The position numbers and the translations under genes are program-made. A stretch of 63,603 nucleotides of DNA, filler included, from Dirinaria sp. TL-2023a (Eukaryota), in the NCBI GenBank assembly GCA_051941275.1. It is 25 parts of 25 records of this genome, joined end to end, with 100 filler letters (N's around TTAATTAATTAA, not from the genome) between each part and the next. Parts side by side here need not be neighbours in the genome. Positions count along the whole stretch, not along the records: positions 61,208 to 63,603 come from JAVEBF010002295.1; 24 more parts are not named here. One strand, given 5' to 3'. This document shows positions 63,361 to 63,603 of this stretch, in pieces (positions within the stretch are counted from its first letter, which is position 1; each line of letters begins with the position of its first letter). The notes under the pieces were generated by a model, which saw nothing but the letters and a program-made list of their open reading frames with translations, was not told the origin of the DNA and searched no databases.

Positions 63361-63603
63361 GAATTTAAAATCTTTGCCCCTTGCACAAGAAAGAACCCGT
63401 ACAAGAAACCCGCCCGCAAGTAGCAAGTAGCAGAATTATTCAAATCCAAACATGCAATAATGAGATCCGCTTTATCTAAAACTAAATATACATACCTTAC
63501 ATATACACCTTGGCTCATGAACCCGTTTTTGAAATAATAATAATCAATACTGTAAGGTACATCTCCTTTTCACTCATTTTCTTAATTCACGTTGGCGCGT
63601 ATA

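Overview
This is not a contiguous locus. It is 25 unrelated short fungal contigs (about 2.52 kb down to 2.40 kb, sorted by decreasing length) joined by an artificial 100-nt spacer (44 N + TTAATTAATTAA + 44 N), so no linkage can be inferred across spacers. Intron signals (GT...CTRAC...YAG), gene families and RIP-like G>A/C>T decay point to a filamentous ascomycete (Pezizomycotina); a lichen-type fungus is only a guess. Recognisable genes, many cut by contig ends: beta-tubulin (8 introns), GH72 glucanosyltransferase, AA11 LPMO, choline oxidase, NsdC-like C2H2 factor, HAT1, ZIP transporter, GDE1, otubain, DRE2, STF2/TMA10-like, MFS + MDR pair, SnoaL-like, DnaJ and several secreted or GPI proteins. 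Mobile or decayed DNA: a MULE transposase, a RIP-mutated chromovirus, DUF3435-like (Starship captain) fragments and several pseudogenes. The strongest unannotated signals are: (1) a candidate, unusually compact telomerase RNA gene on the minus strand at about 58005-58600, with template, pseudoknot, core-enclosing helix, three-way junction and spliceosomal-cleavage 3' signals; (2) a 462-bp TRIM with a Tf1-like self-priming PBS, nested in the chromovirus integrase; (3) a perfect 97-bp fold-back on another contig that resembles the start of that TRIM's LTR; (4) a DUF3435 C-terminus followed by an NLR gene. All family calls come from motif recognition by eye; no database searches were run.
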